From: Candidatus Berkelbacteria bacterium
GTDB lineage: Bacteria; Patescibacteriota; UBA1384; XYA2-FULL-43-10; 1-14-0-10-43-13
NCBI GenBank assembly: GCA_026397135.1
Contig: JAPLVL010000001.1
Coordinates: 12,753-76,752, forward strand
Length of the DNA: 64,000 nt
Direction: 5' to 3'
Part shown: one piece after another, positions 8,864 to 17,592 of the stretch
How the letters are laid out: each line of letters opens with the position of its first letter
How positions within the stretch are numbered: position 1 is the stretch's first letter
Position numbers and translations under genes: made by a program
Notes under the pieces: model-generated
What the model saw: the letters and a program-made list of their open reading frames with translations, nothing else
What the model was told of the DNA's origin: nothing
The model's database searches: none

Positions 8864-8904
8864 TGGGCAAGTACGCAAGTGGGGTGGGCAAGTACGCAAG
8901 TGGG
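8864..8904. repeat. Tandem direct repeat, 2 x ~21 bp (gtgggcaagtacgcaagtgg), directly after the hydA stop
   Basis: Read directly: gtgggcaagtacgcaagtgg g gtgggcaagtacgcaagtgg. Confidence 0.6.
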
Positions 8905-8990
8905 TATGTAAATAAGCTAGACAAACAAAAGTTTATCCCTGTGTCTACTTGTAACTTGCACACCTATTACCTGCGCACTAGTTAATTTAC

Positions 8991-9019
8991 TTGCAAACTG
9001 ATACACTTACATTTATAAT
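8991..9019 (+). promoter_or_regulatory. Sigma70-like promoter TTGCAA - 17 nt - TATAAT for the 9053 gene
   Basis: ttgcaa actgatacacttacatt tataat, then GGAGGG RBS 6 nt before ATG 9053. Confidence 0.45.
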
Positions 9020-9052
9020 AAAATTAAAATTAAAAGTTCTCTAGGAGGGAAA

Positions 9053-9409
9053 ATGGCAAAGAAAGTAGCAAAAAAGGCTCCAGCAAAGGCGCTTGATTTC
9101 AGTCAGGGAGGTAAAATCTCCAAAGTTCTCATTTATTTAATGTTGGCAGTCAATGTTATCACTGTTGCCTATTTTCTGGCTTTCAATCCAGCAGAGACAA
9201 CTGTCAACAACTTCACCAAGTTCCTGTCTCAATTTTCCAGCTACCTCTTCTTGACGATCCTCCTGATCGTGATCGCTGAATATTTCACGAAGCAAATCAA
9301 TGCCAAGCAAATGATGATGAAACTTCTGTCAGTTTTCGGTCTGATCGTTGGCATTATGCTTTCATACGCAATCGCACAAGTCGTCTTGGGTCTTATTGCT
9401 GTTAAATAA
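9053..9409 (+). CDS. Hypothetical membrane protein (Lys-rich N-terminus, 3 TM helices)
   Basis: 118 aa. Strong promoter and RBS upstream. Hydrophobic segments are clear. Confidence 0.5.
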   Translation: MAKKVAKKAPAKALDFSQGGKISKVLIYLMLAVNVITVAYFLAFNPAETTVNNFTKFLSQFSSYLFLTILLIVIAEYFTKQINAKQMMMKLLSVFGLIVGIMLSYAIAQVVLGLIAVK

Positions 9410-9420
9410 CAAGGTAGTCC

Positions 9421-9726
9421 ATGGTGTTTGAAGCCGGTGCTTCACCTTCAGATTTTGCATTTAGCAAAACCTCGCAGGCAGACAAAACAAAAAACGATCA
9501 AGTGGCAGCAATTTTGCCGATCCCAAATCAAACATTGGACAAAGTCAAAGAATTGGAAATGCAGATTTCACACCTTGAAGAGAATTTGAGAGCGACCAAG
9601 CGAGCTCTCATGGGTGGAAATCCGGATTTGGCCAAAAATATCAAAATATGGGAAGATCAACTGCAATTCAAATACCAAAAACTCCATCACTTCCGCCAGA
9701 AACTGAAAAATGAAAATTTAAACTAA
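9421..9726 (+). CDS. Hypothetical coiled-coil protein
   Basis: 101 aa, heptad-rich (LEMQISHLEENLRATKRAL). Confidence 0.4.
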   Translation: MVFEAGASPSDFAFSKTSQADKTKNDQVAAILPIPNQTLDKVKELEMQISHLEENLRATKRALMGGNPDLAKNIKIWEDQLQFKYQKLHHFRQKLKNENLN

Positions 9727-9752
9727 CATTTAGTTCACCGAATATAGTACTT

Positions 9753-9783
9753 AAAAAAATTCTCCACCGTGTTGACGGTGGAG
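9753..9783 (-). terminator. Rho-independent terminator between convergent genes: 9-bp perfect stem ctccaccgt/acggtggag, T7 run on the minus strand
   Basis: aaaaaaa ttctccaccgtgttgacggtggag, i.e. A7 on plus = T7 on minus right after the hairpin. The stop of the 9790..10257 gene abuts it. Confidence 0.6.
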
Positions 9784-9789
9784 CGGAAT

Positions 9790-10257
9790 TTAATATTCGT
9801 AATAGTAGCGCTCTTTGGGCAGTTCCAGTTTGTAAAACTTGAGCAAGCTCAAATTGGCCGGATTGTTAAGAATCGAAGTGAAAAAGTTGAAGACTTTGTC
9901 ATCGTGATTCTTGCCCTCGCAAGTAGCAACACAAGACGCCGGGATCTGACGGCTCTCAAATTCAATCAACTTCTCTCTTTTACCGGCCTCGTCCCCATTC
10001 CAGACTACCAACGCGAAGCTAAAACCAGCACGAGAAGAATGGATAGAGACAGGAAGATAATATTCCTGCACATAAGCAAGGATTCGCTCAAATTCCTGTA
10101 TTGTAAGATTGCGCCGTTCTTCCCAATTCGGCGCAGAGTGAGAAGTCCCGCTAATATTTGTCCGATAATGGATATAGCCTCGCTGCACCCAGATTGCCTC
10201 CTCGAGAGTCCTGAAAAACTCCAGAGCTTCAGTGGACAATGTTACCACCGATTCCAT
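9790..10257 (-). CDS. Hypothetical acidic protein
   Basis: 155 aa. Preferred over the overlapping plus-strand ORF 9769..10284, which starts inside the terminator hairpin and is Arg-rich low-complexity. Confidence 0.45.
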   Translation of the reverse strand: MESVVTLSTEALEFFRTLEEAIWVQRGYIHYRTNISGTSHSAPNWEERRNLTIQEFERILAYVQEYYLPVSIHSSRAGFSFALVVWNGDEAGKREKLIEFESRQIPASCVATCEGKNHDDKVFNFFTSILNNPANLSLLKFYKLELPKERYYYEY

Positions 10258-10390
10258 AGCGACATTCCTCCTCTTGTGATCTAGTTTGATTTATACCAAA
10301 AACAAACCCCAAAAGCAAAGTTGGTGTAGGATTACTTATTTTAACTGCTTGACTCGGTTGATTTCGTGTAACTGTTCACTTACACCGTTC

Positions 10391-10570
10391 GTCATCCTGA
10401 GGAATCGAAGGACCCATTCGGCTACGCTCAGCAGGTTCTAGAGCATGTGACCTGGGCTCGCAAAAAATGCGCCACGCTAGATTCCCATACTTACCGGTCA
10501 TCGACTCCAAGGTCGCTCAGACTCGAGGAGCAGGCAGGTTCGCCTTCAAGCATCATCTGCCCAGAATGAC
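10391..10570. repeat. Miniature (~180 bp, no ORF) copy of the GTCATYCTGAG-terminated inverted-repeat element, in a GC-rich intergenic region
   Basis: Plus-strand gtcatcctgagg at ~10391 and cccagaatgac (reverse complement of gtcattctggg) at ~10560. An internal cgctagattc is shared with the termini of the GIY-YIG element. Confidence 0.5.
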
Positions 10571-10602
10571 GGAAAATCACAATTTCACAACTCCTTGGCA
10601 AA

Positions 10603-10830
10603 TTAGTCCCGACAGGCCATTTCATCATGCGTTTTTATAAATTTCAAATTTTCTTTTGCTTCCTTGGCACTAATTTTCGACAAAGCTCGACCATCATGCA
10701 TCAGTATCCAATCCCCTTTCCTGACCTGCGGTGCAAGCGAAATGTCAGCCGAATATTCTCTGTCTTCATAATCAAAGAAGGCAATATTGCCCTTAATTTG
10801 TTTGATTTTACCCGGAATTGCTAGACACAT
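10603..10830 (-). CDS. hypC: Hydrogenase maturation factor HypC/HupF family
   Basis: 75 aa, begins MCLAIPGKI. This is the HypC N-terminal MC[LI][AG][IV]P signature, with the essential Cys2, on a small OB-fold-sized protein. Confidence 0.8.
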   Translation of the reverse strand: MCLAIPGKIKQIKGNIAFFDYEDREYSADISLAPQVRKGDWILMHDGRALSKISAKEAKENLKFIKTHDEMACRD

Positions 10831-10848
10831 AATTTTCCTATTAGTTAA

Positions 10849-11502
10849 CTATTGATTATTCGAACGACCAGATGAATCCCGTCTTAGACTTTTTTCTTTG
10901 TTTTTGACCAAAATCAATTTAACCTTTTCCAGCCGAAAAATCTTCTGTTTGAACTCATGCATTTCAGTCTTATCCACCAACCAATCATAGACGTATTCGG
11001 ATAGGTGTCTATAGATACCATCGCTTTCAAACGGATCATAAAGCATCCTCGTTATTATAACTCCGATACTTACACTATCATCTTTTTTGGCTCGTCCGCG
11101 AAAATATTCGCCCAAACTTTCACATGAGGCAATCACCTCGGCTGGCGTATCCCGTCTGGATCTAGAAGGATTATTAAACAATTCCTTGTAGCATTCGAAT
11201 AGGACACCCTCTCTCTTTTGAGCAATCCGAAACAGCATATCAGTAACAGCAGTGTCATCCCCTGGGAGAACTTTCTTGCCACGCAAAGTTTCATCCAGTA
11301 CGATCAAATAATTCCGACGAAGATAAATATCCAGATGCTCTGGAAATTCCAAAAAATCGTGAATCACAGGCTCGACCTGACGATGAAGCTGACCAAGCTC
11401 TTGACTGGACAAACCATCTAGATTTATTTCATCCAATTTCTTGATTATCGGAAAACAGGAAATTATTTTTGTTAATTTTTGGCAATCGAGAAATTCCATC
11501 AA
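10849..11502 (-). CDS. Hypothetical protein; N-terminal Cys-x2-(L)-T-K motif related to the CGEIT proteins upstream
   Basis: 217 aa. MMEFLDCQKLTKIISCFPIIKKLDEINL aligns loosely with the N-termini of the two upstream proteins. Overlaps the upstream gene by 4 nt (operon). Confidence 0.45.
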   Translation of the reverse strand: MMEFLDCQKLTKIISCFPIIKKLDEINLDGLSSQELGQLHRQVEPVIHDFLEFPEHLDIYLRRNYLIVLDETLRGKKVLPGDDTAVTDMLFRIAQKREGVLFECYKELFNNPSRSRRDTPAEVIASCESLGEYFRGRAKKDDSVSIGVIITRMLYDPFESDGIYRHLSEYVYDWLVDKTEMHEFKQKIFRLEKVKLILVKNKEKSLRRDSSGRSNNQ

Positions 11503-12617
11503 AATTTATCCTTCTTGATTTCACGAATTGCTCCATCGCTCGTACCAATCAAGATCCTATCACCATCAACGAGAAGCGAAGTAATGATGATTATTTCATT
11601 CCCTTTTTTGGAATCGATCATATGGGAGAAAATATATTTATCCTGCATCGGATCATAAACTTTTAGCTCATTGAGCCAAGCAATACAAACCTGGCCGCGG
11701 TCAGTAAAGACAGGCTTGATATCCGGATTCAGAGAATAAGGCAATAGAAGTGGTCGATTGTCTCCTCTGATCACGCGAAGACCTCCGTCTATTTCAACAG
11801 CAATCGTATCCTCAAAAACACTGATTTCATGGATTGATCTTGTTGGATCCGGAGAGTTCTTGCCATTATCTGAGACATTAATATTACGAAGTAATTCCTG
11901 CGTTTCAATATTATAGACATAAATATTACCTAGATTTGTGCCAACATAGAGCTTGCCATCTCTGACTGCCAAAGCGGTGAAAATTTCCTGGCTATATTTC
12001 AGCTCCGGCTCGAGGAAAACCTCCTGACTGCCATCAAAATTCACCTTTTGGACAAAGCCATAACCGCCAACAAAGAGGTAGTCGCCCTCACCTTTGGTCG
12101 CACAGGTAGGAGAATCAACAATCCCCATCCCCCCTACACCGTTTACCAGATGAGGAAAACCATTCTGATATTTGTTTACATACCCAGATCGAAAATCGAT
12201 CGTAAACACCCACTCACTTGAAGCCATTACCTCGCCCTTGAATCGACTCCCCATCAAATAATAATCAGTTTGGGTATAATTTTTGTCGAAGAAATTGAGT
12301 TTATTATGATTATCACTGAAAACAACTTGGTCGCCAAGAAGAAGCAGATTCTCCACTCGCAAATCCCCAACACTAAGTACCCTGCTTTCGTGCCAACTCG
12401 ACCAGTATTCCTGCCAATAATCCGACATTATCCGCCGTGTTTCCAGAACAATCTGGTCCTTGATTCCAATTGCTTCGCTGGCACTAAACTTCTCGATCGC
12501 CCGATCGAGATCGTATTGAAATTTCTTCAAGTCATTTAAATTGTCTGTAATTTCACCGCAAGTCATAATAATATAAATTCCGCTTTTTTCTTCTTGAAAT
12601 ATTTTCCCTCTACCCAT
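11499..12617 (-). CDS. Beta-propeller (PQQ/BamB-like repeat) protein with N-terminal M-T-CGEIT motif
   Basis: 372 aa. Repeats such as KLYVGTNLGNIYVYNIETQELL and RILIGTSDGAIREI. Probable true start at the internal Met (MTCGEITDNL, ~12566). No signal peptide. Confidence 0.5.
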   Translation of the reverse strand: MGRGKIFQEEKSGIYIIMTCGEITDNLNDLKKFQYDLDRAIEKFSASEAIGIKDQIVLETRRIMSDYWQEYWSSWHESRVLSVGDLRVENLLLLGDQVVFSDNHNKLNFFDKNYTQTDYYLMGSRFKGEVMASSEWVFTIDFRSGYVNKYQNGFPHLVNGVGGMGIVDSPTCATKGEGDYLFVGGYGFVQKVNFDGSQEVFLEPELKYSQEIFTALAVRDGKLYVGTNLGNIYVYNIETQELLRNINVSDNGKNSPDPTRSIHEISVFEDTIAVEIDGGLRVIRGDNRPLLLPYSLNPDIKPVFTDRGQVCIAWLNELKVYDPMQDKYIFSHMIDSKKGNEIIIITSLLVDGDRILIGTSDGAIREIKKDKF

Positions 12618-13924
12618 TTTCTCAAATAAAGAACCACCCCACCGGGCCTTTCGTCTTTTGGTGCAACTCTGGATTTTGCTTCTTCGAGGTCAACTGATGG
12701 GTCATCGACAATAATGATGCCGTTTGTCATCCCCTTGCCAATTGTTCTACAGATTCCAGCGTCTTTTACAAAAACGACGCCGCCTTCAACCCACGAAAAG
12801 ACAATATTGTCACCAAATTTTTCAGGGATAGTAAAATTAATAACACCATGGTCAATTCTCAAGCTGTTAATATACGGGCTACTTTCGAAATATGTCACTT
12901 CGCGAACTGTCTCATAAGGATTCACAAAACCAACTTTATCTTTTTCTTCATCATAATATGCGATCGTGGTAGATTCACCGGGGGAAGTTGCTCCTGGTTG
13001 ACGATTACGAATTCTATTTCGCTTTGATTTCAGAAATATTGTTGGCGATAATGTTGGTCTGACTGAGATTTGTTCAAATCCAATATTTTCAATCAAAAAT
13101 GTACCGCCAGCCGTACCAAAACAAATTTCTGTGGTTAATTGGTCCTGCTTCGCCAAAAAATCCTTGACGTAAACCGTACCGCCGGAAGCTTTGGGAGCAA
13201 TCTCACCCCAACGCAATGTATTTATGATAATTGTGCCATTTTGCATTACTTCCCCGATAACACCAACTGCTTCGCCAACCTCCAGTCGTCCACCAAGCAT
13301 CTCTGGGGCAAGTTTTGGCACATTATCAGGCTGATTTTGTTCGAACTTTTCCAGTTTTACATCTCCAGCAAGCATTCTCAAAAAAGCAAACTGTTCTAGA
13401 CGATCAATCATAATATTGCCACCGTTTAAAGACGAACCAAAATTATGACAACGAGGGTCGTTTGAATAATTTGACAGATCATCAAATTTAATCCTGATCG
13501 GCTTCTTGCTTTGCTTGTAAATTGAGAAGAAAAGCCTAATTGCCTCAATTTGAAATGCGTCTGAAATTTCTCCGCTGCTAAACTGACCTTTAAGATATTC
13601 CATCAACCGATCAAAGTCAGACTGCCTAATCGACTTGTCTCTGTGTAATACTGGAACAGAATGCGGATCTACAATAATATCATTAACAGATGCTTTAACA
13701 AACGAACGCTTTGTTTGAGGCATACCGATTGCTGTCAAAAAATCCAGATCCAGCCGCGGGTATTCAGTCAGAAACTCATCGATTAACAATTTAATTTTAT
13801 CAGCAAAACCACGGGTATCTCCTTGCTTTTCACGACTCAAAGACAGAGAGAATTTCCGTTCAAGAGCTACCAAACTATTCATCATTTTTGTAATTTCACC
13901 GCAAATCATCACTTCATCACCCAC
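12563..13924 (-). CDS. GXGXG beta-helix-like repeat protein (GltB-domain-3/FwdC-like segments) with N-terminal M-I-CGEIT motif
   Basis: 453 aa. Segments GGRLEVGEAVGVIGEVMQNGTIIIN...GGTVYVKD and GGVVFVKDAGICRTIGKGMTNGIIIVDD resemble GXGXG repeats. Probable start MICGEIT (~13909). Confidence 0.45.
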   Translation of the reverse strand: MGDEVMICGEITKMMNSLVALERKFSLSLSREKQGDTRGFADKIKLLIDEFLTEYPRLDLDFLTAIGMPQTKRSFVKASVNDIIVDPHSVPVLHRDKSIRQSDFDRLMEYLKGQFSSGEISDAFQIEAIRLFFSIYKQSKKPIRIKFDDLSNYSNDPRCHNFGSSLNGGNIMIDRLEQFAFLRMLAGDVKLEKFEQNQPDNVPKLAPEMLGGRLEVGEAVGVIGEVMQNGTIIINTLRWGEIAPKASGGTVYVKDFLAKQDQLTTEICFGTAGGTFLIENIGFEQISVRPTLSPTIFLKSKRNRIRNRQPGATSPGESTTIAYYDEEKDKVGFVNPYETVREVTYFESSPYINSLRIDHGVINFTIPEKFGDNIVFSWVEGGVVFVKDAGICRTIGKGMTNGIIIVDDPSVDLEEAKSRVAPKDERPGGVVLYLRKWVEGKYFKKKKAEFILL

Positions 13925-13965
13925 TTAATTCTTACTGCTTACTTCTTAATCCTTGCTACTTATTC
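13925..13965. repeat. Heptamer-periodic CTTAAT/CTTACT-type intercistronic repeat
   Basis: ttaattcttactgcttacttcttaatccttgctacttattc, the same family as at 23598, 34238 and 47490. Confidence 0.5.
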
Positions 13966-16515
13966 GTACCCAAATTTCTTGATGAACCAAACCTTGACTA
14001 TTTGAACCAAAAATATATATACAGCGGCCAACCCCAGAATAATCAGGAAAAAGAGTGCTGGTAGCGGCGTGAAGCCAAACCACCTAGCCAAAACAGTGTA
14101 GGGGATAATCGCCCCGACAAAAATAACTGCGATTAATGTATAGAGCAAATATTTGCTCGCTCTGCTCTGGATAAGAGGGATTTTCTTGGTTCGGATAATC
14201 AGGACGACCAGAGTTTGGGTCAAGAGTGACTCAACAAACCAACCAGTGCGAAAGAGTGGAGGCGTGGCGCGAAAGACATACCACATAATACCGAAGGTAG
14301 CAAAATCAAAGAGCGAACTAACTGGGCCGATCGTCCACATAAATTCCTTGATGAAGTTAACATCCCACGGTCGCGGCTTCTGTAAGTCTTCTGCGTCAAC
14401 ATTATCAAGCGGCAGGGCTACCTGGGACAAATCATAGAGAAAATTGTTGAGCAGTACCTGCGGCGGCAACATCGGCAGAAATGGTAGGAGAATACTGGCA
14501 CCAGTCATACTGATCATATTTCCTAAGTTAGAGCTCGCTCCCATTTTGATGTACTTAATCACATTGACAAAGGTCTTCCTGCCCTCGATAACGCAATCAC
14601 ATAGAACTCTGAGATCCTTTTCCAATAGGATAATCGCGGCCGTTTCCTTGGCAATATCCATACCAGTGTTGACCGAAATCCCAACATCAGCCGACTTCAA
14701 GGCTGGTGCATCATTGACTCCATCACCAAGGTAACCGACAACATGACCATTCGACTGGAGCGCTTTGATAATTTTTTCCTTTTGCAAAGGCGTCAGCCTG
14801 ACAAAAACGTTTGCCTTTGCCACCAGCTCTCGCAGGACATGTTCGCTCGCGCTGCTAATCTCATTGCCATTTACGATACCGCTGATCGAAAAATTAACTT
14901 CGTTACAAATTTTCCTGGTCACCATTTCGTTGTCGCCTGAAAGAATCTTGAGAGATACTCCCAAGCCTGCCAAGCTCGTAATAGTATCGCTAACATCAGG
15001 TTTGGGCGGATCGAGGAAGGTTACAAATCCCTGGAAAACCAAATCAGATTCGTCTTCAAATTGAAGCTTGGTTTTGCTACGAATCTTCTTGGTCGCTATT
15101 GCCAAAACACGAAAACCTTCGCGGCTGAGCGATTCATATAGAGATATAATCTTTTCCTTTGATTTCTTGGAAAGAGGTAGAGCGACCTCTTTCAGCGAGA
15201 AATGGCTTGATTTGGCAATTATTTCCTCCGGCGCTCCCTTTGCGACCAAGAGATCCTTGCCAGCACGACGCAACACGACCGACATCATTCGCCTTTCAAA
15301 ATCGTAGGGCAGTTCATCAATTTTCTCGTAATGAGACGTTTCAATTTTTTGATGCTTTAGAATCGCTTGATCCAAAACATTTTTCAAACCGGTTTCAAAA
15401 TGACTATTCAAATATGCATAACGAAAAATCGAGATGTCTTCCCTACCCTTAGCGTCGCAATATTTAATCAGAGCGATACTGTCGAGTGTCAGCGTGCCCG
15501 TCTTGTCGGTACAGAGGATATCCATCGCACCGAAATTTTGGATCGAATCCAGCTTTTTGACAATTATTTTTTTCTTCTCCATCTGCATCGCGCCGCGGGA
15601 GAGATTGACCGTCACAATCATCGGCAACATCTCAGGTGCCAAGCCAACTGCTACCGCCAAGGAAAATAATAACGCATCGACAATGTTACCCTTGAAAATC
15701 GCGTTAAAGAAGAAGATAAATGCTGCCAAGATGATAATCAAACGAATCATCAGCCAGGTGTAGGATTTAATACCTTTTTCGAAGGCCGTCTCAACTCCGA
15801 CTTTGGAAATATCTTCACTCAACATTCCAAACTGAGTTCCCTTGCCGATTGCTAAGACAACTCCGATTCCGGTGCCTCCGACAACACTTGAGCCCATGAA
15901 AATAATATTATCGGAGTCTAAAATATCGTCACTTTTAATTTCGCTTGCCCATGAATCTTTGATCACCGGGAAAGATTCGCCGTTTAGGGACGACTGATTA
16001 AGATACAGACGATTGGCTGAAATCAGCCTAATATCAGCTGGAACCATATCCCCAACCCCAAGCGCGACCAGGTCACCTGGCACCAATTCCTCCAGATTTG
16101 TCGTCCTTTCGTGGCCATCACGAATTACCTTGACTTTGATTTTGACTCTCTCGGCTAGTTTCTGAGCATTTCGGTTGGCTCGATATTCCTGAACAAAAGA
16201 AAGGATCACACTCAAAACAGCCAGAGCAATCACAATAATTGAGTTTATTTGTTCACCGAAATAGAAAGAAACCCCAGCCACCACAAAGAGAGTGATAACT
16301 AGAGGGTTAGCAAACTTAGACAAGAGCTGAACAACTGGCCCATATTTCTGAGCCGCAATTTTGTTGGCACCATAAAAACGCTGGCGGCGGCGGACTTCCC
16401 GCTCCGACAAACCTTTTCTGCCTGTTTTGTATTGCTGCAAAGCTTTCTCCGGAGCAAGACGACTAATTTCAAAAACAAGGCTTTGGGTTACGACCTGATT
16501 TTTCATTCCCTCCAT
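13960..16515 (-). CDS. mgtA: P-type ATPase, MgtA-like (Mg2+-importing) cation transporter
   Basis: 851 aa. Phosphorylation motif CTDKTGTLT, hinge GDGVNDAPAL, and an MgtA-like N-terminal cytoplasmic region. Confidence 0.8.
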   Translation of the reverse strand: MEGMKNQVVTQSLVFEISRLAPEKALQQYKTGRKGLSEREVRRRQRFYGANKIAAQKYGPVVQLLSKFANPLVITLFVVAGVSFYFGEQINSIIVIALAVLSVILSFVQEYRANRNAQKLAERVKIKVKVIRDGHERTTNLEELVPGDLVALGVGDMVPADIRLISANRLYLNQSSLNGESFPVIKDSWASEIKSDDILDSDNIIFMGSSVVGGTGIGVVLAIGKGTQFGMLSEDISKVGVETAFEKGIKSYTWLMIRLIIILAAFIFFFNAIFKGNIVDALLFSLAVAVGLAPEMLPMIVTVNLSRGAMQMEKKKIIVKKLDSIQNFGAMDILCTDKTGTLTLDSIALIKYCDAKGREDISIFRYAYLNSHFETGLKNVLDQAILKHQKIETSHYEKIDELPYDFERRMMSVVLRRAGKDLLVAKGAPEEIIAKSSHFSLKEVALPLSKKSKEKIISLYESLSREGFRVLAIATKKIRSKTKLQFEDESDLVFQGFVTFLDPPKPDVSDTITSLAGLGVSLKILSGDNEMVTRKICNEVNFSISGIVNGNEISSASEHVLRELVAKANVFVRLTPLQKEKIIKALQSNGHVVGYLGDGVNDAPALKSADVGISVNTGMDIAKETAAIILLEKDLRVLCDCVIEGRKTFVNVIKYIKMGASSNLGNMISMTGASILLPFLPMLPPQVLLNNFLYDLSQVALPLDNVDAEDLQKPRPWDVNFIKEFMWTIGPVSSLFDFATFGIMWYVFRATPPLFRTGWFVESLLTQTLVVLIIRTKKIPLIQSRASKYLLYTLIAVIFVGAIIPYTVLARWFGFTPLPALFFLIILGLAAVYIFLVQIVKVWFIKKFGYE

Positions 16516-16528
16516 ATTTTTCTCAAAA

Positions 16529-17521
16529 TTATTTTCCGATGTGCATTGTCAAATCGACAAGTCTCTCTGAATAGCCCCACTCGTTGTCATACCAGGAGAT
16601 TACTTTAACTAAATTGCCTCCGACAACCTGAGTCAGGGATAGGTCGACCATGGCAGAATTTTTCATCGCTGTGAAATCACTTGAGACAAGCTCCTCTTCT
16701 GTGGTTGCCAAAATCCCTTTCAATTCACCCTTCTCTGCACTCTTGAAAGCCTTGTTTATTTCCTCAACAGTCACTTCCTTTTTCAAGACAGCCGTAATGT
16801 CGGAGAGTGAGACTACAGGTGTTGGGACGCGAACAGCCAAGCCGTCAAACATACCTTTCAGGGTTGGAATTGTTTTGTATGCCGCTTTGGCCGCGCCAGT
16901 CGAAGTCGGGACAATATTACAAGCAGCTGCTCTGGCACGACGAAGATCTTTGTGGGGGCCGTCAACCAAATTTTGGTCAGCGGTGTAGGAATGGATGGTC
17001 GTCATCAGAGATTTTTCGATTCCAAATGTGTCTTCCATGACTTTCATCACAGGTGTAATGCAATTAGTAGTACAGGAGGCATTGCTTACGATCTTCTCAT
17101 CTGCATACTTTTCAGAGTTGACTCCCATCACAAAAGTTGGAGTTTCCTCATCTTTGGCTGGGGCTGACATCACTACTTTCTTCGCCCCTGCCTTCAAATG
17201 AGCTTCTGTGTCGGGAATGGTCAGAAATTTTCCTGTACATTCAATAACTACATCAATTCCAAGTTCTCTCCAAGGCAAAGCCGATGGATCTTTCTCCGCA
17301 TAAGAGTGAATACGGCGCTTTTCTATTATCAAATCCCCTTCGTCATGGCCGACTTCATGATCCCAAATGCCATAGCACGTATCGTATTTAAGCAAATGAG
17401 CCAAAGTCGCTACATCCGTCAAATCATTGATCGCAACTAACTCGATCCCTTCACGCTCTGTAATAATTTTGGCCGCCGCTCGGCCAATTCGGCCAAAGCC
17501 GTTGATAGCAATCTTCAACAT
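16529..17521 (-). CDS. gap: Glyceraldehyde-3-phosphate dehydrogenase, type I
   Basis: 330 aa. NGFGRIGR Rossmann motif and catalytic SCTTNC. Confidence 0.9.
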   Translation of the reverse strand: MLKIAINGFGRIGRAAAKIITEREGIELVAINDLTDVATLAHLLKYDTCYGIWDHEVGHDEGDLIIEKRRIHSYAEKDPSALPWRELGIDVVIECTGKFLTIPDTEAHLKAGAKKVVMSAPAKDEETPTFVMGVNSEKYADEKIVSNASCTTNCITPVMKVMEDTFGIEKSLMTTIHSYTADQNLVDGPHKDLRRARAAACNIVPTSTGAAKAAYKTIPTLKGMFDGLAVRVPTPVVSLSDITAVLKKEVTVEEINKAFKSAEKGELKGILATTEEELVSSDFTAMKNSAMVDLSLTQVVGGNLVKVISWYDNEWGYSERLVDLTMHIGK

Positions 17522-17592
17522 TGTAACTCCAATCTTAAATATTAAATATTAAACATTAAAACTTAAATCCATATCTTATTATCTTTTATCTA

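Noticed and set aside
9769-10284. 171-aa plus-strand ORF antisense to the 9790..10257 gene
   Set aside because: It starts with GTG inside the terminator hairpin, is Arg/Ser-rich low complexity and has no RBS. The minus-strand ORF has its stop placed exactly at a terminator with a T-run.
10285-10602. GC-rich ORF-free region screened for tmRNA, RNase P RNA, SRP RNA and tRNA
   Set aside because: No T-loop (GGTTCGANTCC), no RNase P P4 sequence, no tmRNA tag frame or 3' CCA-acceptor features. The region is better explained by the miniature inverted-repeat element at 10391-10570. A structured ncRNA cannot be excluded without covariance models.
14153-15763. Several 60-110-aa ORFs on the plus strand inside mgtA (and similar antisense ORFs inside gap, secA, gpmI, ligA, the 744-aa gene)
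   Set aside because: They lie entirely antisense to long, well-supported genes, lack RBSs and have the compositional bias expected of antisense frames.
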